The notes beneath the pieces are model-generated. The model saw nothing but the letters and a program-made list of their open reading frames with translations. It was not told where the DNA came from and made no database searches. From the NCBI GenBank assembly GCA_002189035.1, contig NEEC01000017.1, positions 1,178,001-1,242,000 on the forward strand: a DNA stretch of 64,000 nucleotides, read 5' to 3'. Numbering within the stretch: the first letter of the stretch is position 1; each line of letters opens with the position of its first letter. Position numbers and translations under genes: made by a program. This stretch comes from Utricularia gibba. Its lineage: Eukaryota; Plantae; Magnoliophyta. This document shows positions 62,107 to 64,000 of this stretch, piece by piece.

Positions 62107-64000
62107 CGTCCAGCCAATCACTTGATTCCTTTGTGCCACCAGAAACCTTTGCTTCCGCATCTTTAGGAGACTTGCCCAGTTGAACCCATTCCCGAGCACC
62201 TCTATCAGAACTGGTGTTCGACTCCCTGAGGACGGTGGGGGCTTCTCCGTCCTCTTCTTCGAGATCGCTGAATGAAACATCATCATCATTGTTGGTGGGG
62301 ATGGACTCAGAAAAGGTGACACCAGGTTCGGTTGCCTCATCCCTTAACCAGTCATCTACATCCTCATCAGGGAGAAGATTGGCAGAGTTATGTTTCTGCT
62401 CATGGATTTGTAGCTTGCTGGCATCCTTCTCCTCGATGGCGGTGCTACTAATGACTGCAGGTTTATTTTCCTGGACTGCGATGTCAGGTGATTCTGAAGC
62501 AGCTGCGGGAGATGATTTGTCGAGGTTGGGGGCGGGAACAGGAAGGGGGTGGACATGATGAGAAGATGCAATTTCTTCTTCCAGTTCAGGAGATTTGGTG
62601 CTGAGTGATTCATCTTGTGTCACTTGATTTTGAATCTTTAATTCAGTTTCCAGCAACGCCCTGGCTTCCATCACCTGCAGAGGAAAAGAGACGTAGGTCT
62701 TGTGGAGAATCAAAAGTTGATAAAAGTGCAATAAACCAGAAACTTGAGAACTTTGCTTTCATTGACTGAGATACAGCTGTATTTTCATGAAGGAAATCAG
62801 GACAGCAACCATTTTCTCATCTTGCACTAAAAAATGGTAGTAGTTCAATGGCTGATTATTCACCATATGACGGAAGGACATGTTGAAGCAGAGTAAACAA
62901 AACTTCCAGATGAGCCATGATTGTCAAACAATATGTGAGATGTTTCAAAAACAGCTAACTTGTTATTGACAGCTTTCAAGATCGGGGAAGTTATCAAGGA
63001 ACCATGGAGAATGAACGGCCAACCATTAATAAAACCATAACCAGAAAAAAGCATAAGAGGAGGGAGCATGACAATGTATAAGAACCTGGGGTGTAGACAG
63101 AATCAGGGCATCTTCCTTGGATAGCCTAGTGTGAACGAGCACAAAATAAGTCCTCCAGAAGCGAGTCTCACTCATGTATTGAGGGGACAGTTCCATTCTC
63201 AATGCAGATAATCTCGGTACAAGGCGCTCTACAGCTAATGCATGCTCTTGTTGCTCATCAGAAATATCAAAATCTGAAATCAAAATATTGCACAGTTGAA
63301 ACGTCGCCCATGACACTTGCGTTCCTCTTGTAATAAACTCTACCGATGAAAAGCACCAACATCTACTCAAAATGCTTAATTATAACCACTTCGATAAGAA
63401 AGACAGCAATGTTCAACACAAAGAAACTCTTCAAGCTGTCCATTTTTTTTTTTTTCAAATTCAGAAATCAGGGGAAAGACGCAAGCTTCTCATACTCATA
63501 AAATCAAGTGAGCTAGAATCTCTAATGACTTCCTTACCGCAAATATTCACTAATGACCCATAGTTAAACAAGATCCTGGACATTGATCAATACAATTAGC
63601 GATAGTTACCAAATGAGGAGAATCACTGAAGCATACCATCTTCATCTTCATCCTGCACTGGTCTCTGGAAATCCAGCCAAATCTCTGGGTGCGTAGATAT
63701 ATCAGAAGCAAAATTCACCACTTCTGTGGTCACGCCCACTGCCCCATATTCCCGGAAGTGAAATATTTACCATTCCCTTGATCCACATTCTCATCATCTG
63801 ATTCCAAATGAAGAAAACTAGATGCCAGTTTGGTAATCTCTGAGACTTTCATGTTATTCGACAGCCGAGTAATTCCGGTCCTGAACCTTCCCCCAATCTC
63901 CGCAAAATCATCACGGATCCCCAAAGAAGGATCTTTATCCGATCCAGAAACATCAGTATCTTCAGATTTCTGTTCCGCGGAGGAGGCGGTGCAAGAAACG
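62093..64000 (-). CDS. BSD-domain protein (At1g10720/At3g49800-like), 5' end outside the window, one apparent frameshift
   Basis: AVGVTTEVVNFA..I.THPEIWLDF; BSD core EHALAVERLVPRLSALRMELSPQYMSETRFWRTYFVL; acidic tail DDVDDWL, DDVSFSDLEE and SSDWLDV. Frame break near 63761-63763. Confidence 0.88.

Noticed and set aside
329-63563. Most remaining ORF-track entries (e.g. 329-700, 10664-11077, 11576-12115, 60075-60641)
   Set aside because: Antisense or alternate-frame shadows of the identified genes, or intron read-through, with no independent motifs.
63746-63777. 32-nt GT-AG intron that would repair the BSD frame
   Set aside because: Far below plant intron size; a 1-bp deletion in a T run is more parsimonious.

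Overview
Gene-dense plant (eudicot) nuclear DNA with many short introns. The CAD-family protein closely resembles Lamiales/Gentianales geraniol and 8-hydroxygeraniol dehydrogenases, so an asterid (probably Lamiales) with a compact genome is inferred but not proven. Genes in order: VPS13-like 5' end (-), plant cysteine oxidase with an upstream HRPE (+), STIG1-like peptide (+), plasma-membrane H+-ATPase (-), a ~9.5 kb TE-littered gap, malectin kinesin-14 (+), CAD/8HGO-like (-), a decayed At4g20720-like pseudogene (+), HMA1 (-), SRFR1 (-), At5g67350-like (-), DnaJ (+), NCH1/SR1IP1 (+), ADA1-like (-), ACA2-like (-), SHORT-ROOT (-), tRNA-Thr(AGT) (-) and a BSD-domain gene (-, partial). From recalled Arabidopsis gene IDs, much of this order matches the At4g37xxx/At5g67xxx/At2g22xxx/At3g49-50xxx homeologous blocks. 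The main hidden feature is a 46-codon ORF in the gap (20916-21056), too short for the ORF track. It encodes an IRON MAN/FEP-type peptide ending GDDDDDDDDGPSVAPAA* and has its own TATA box and G/E-boxes. Five single-base apparent deletions in short runs (kinesin x3, SHR, BSD) look like assembly errors. The ADA1-like gene has a substitution-type premature stop. All homology calls are from recognition, not database searches.
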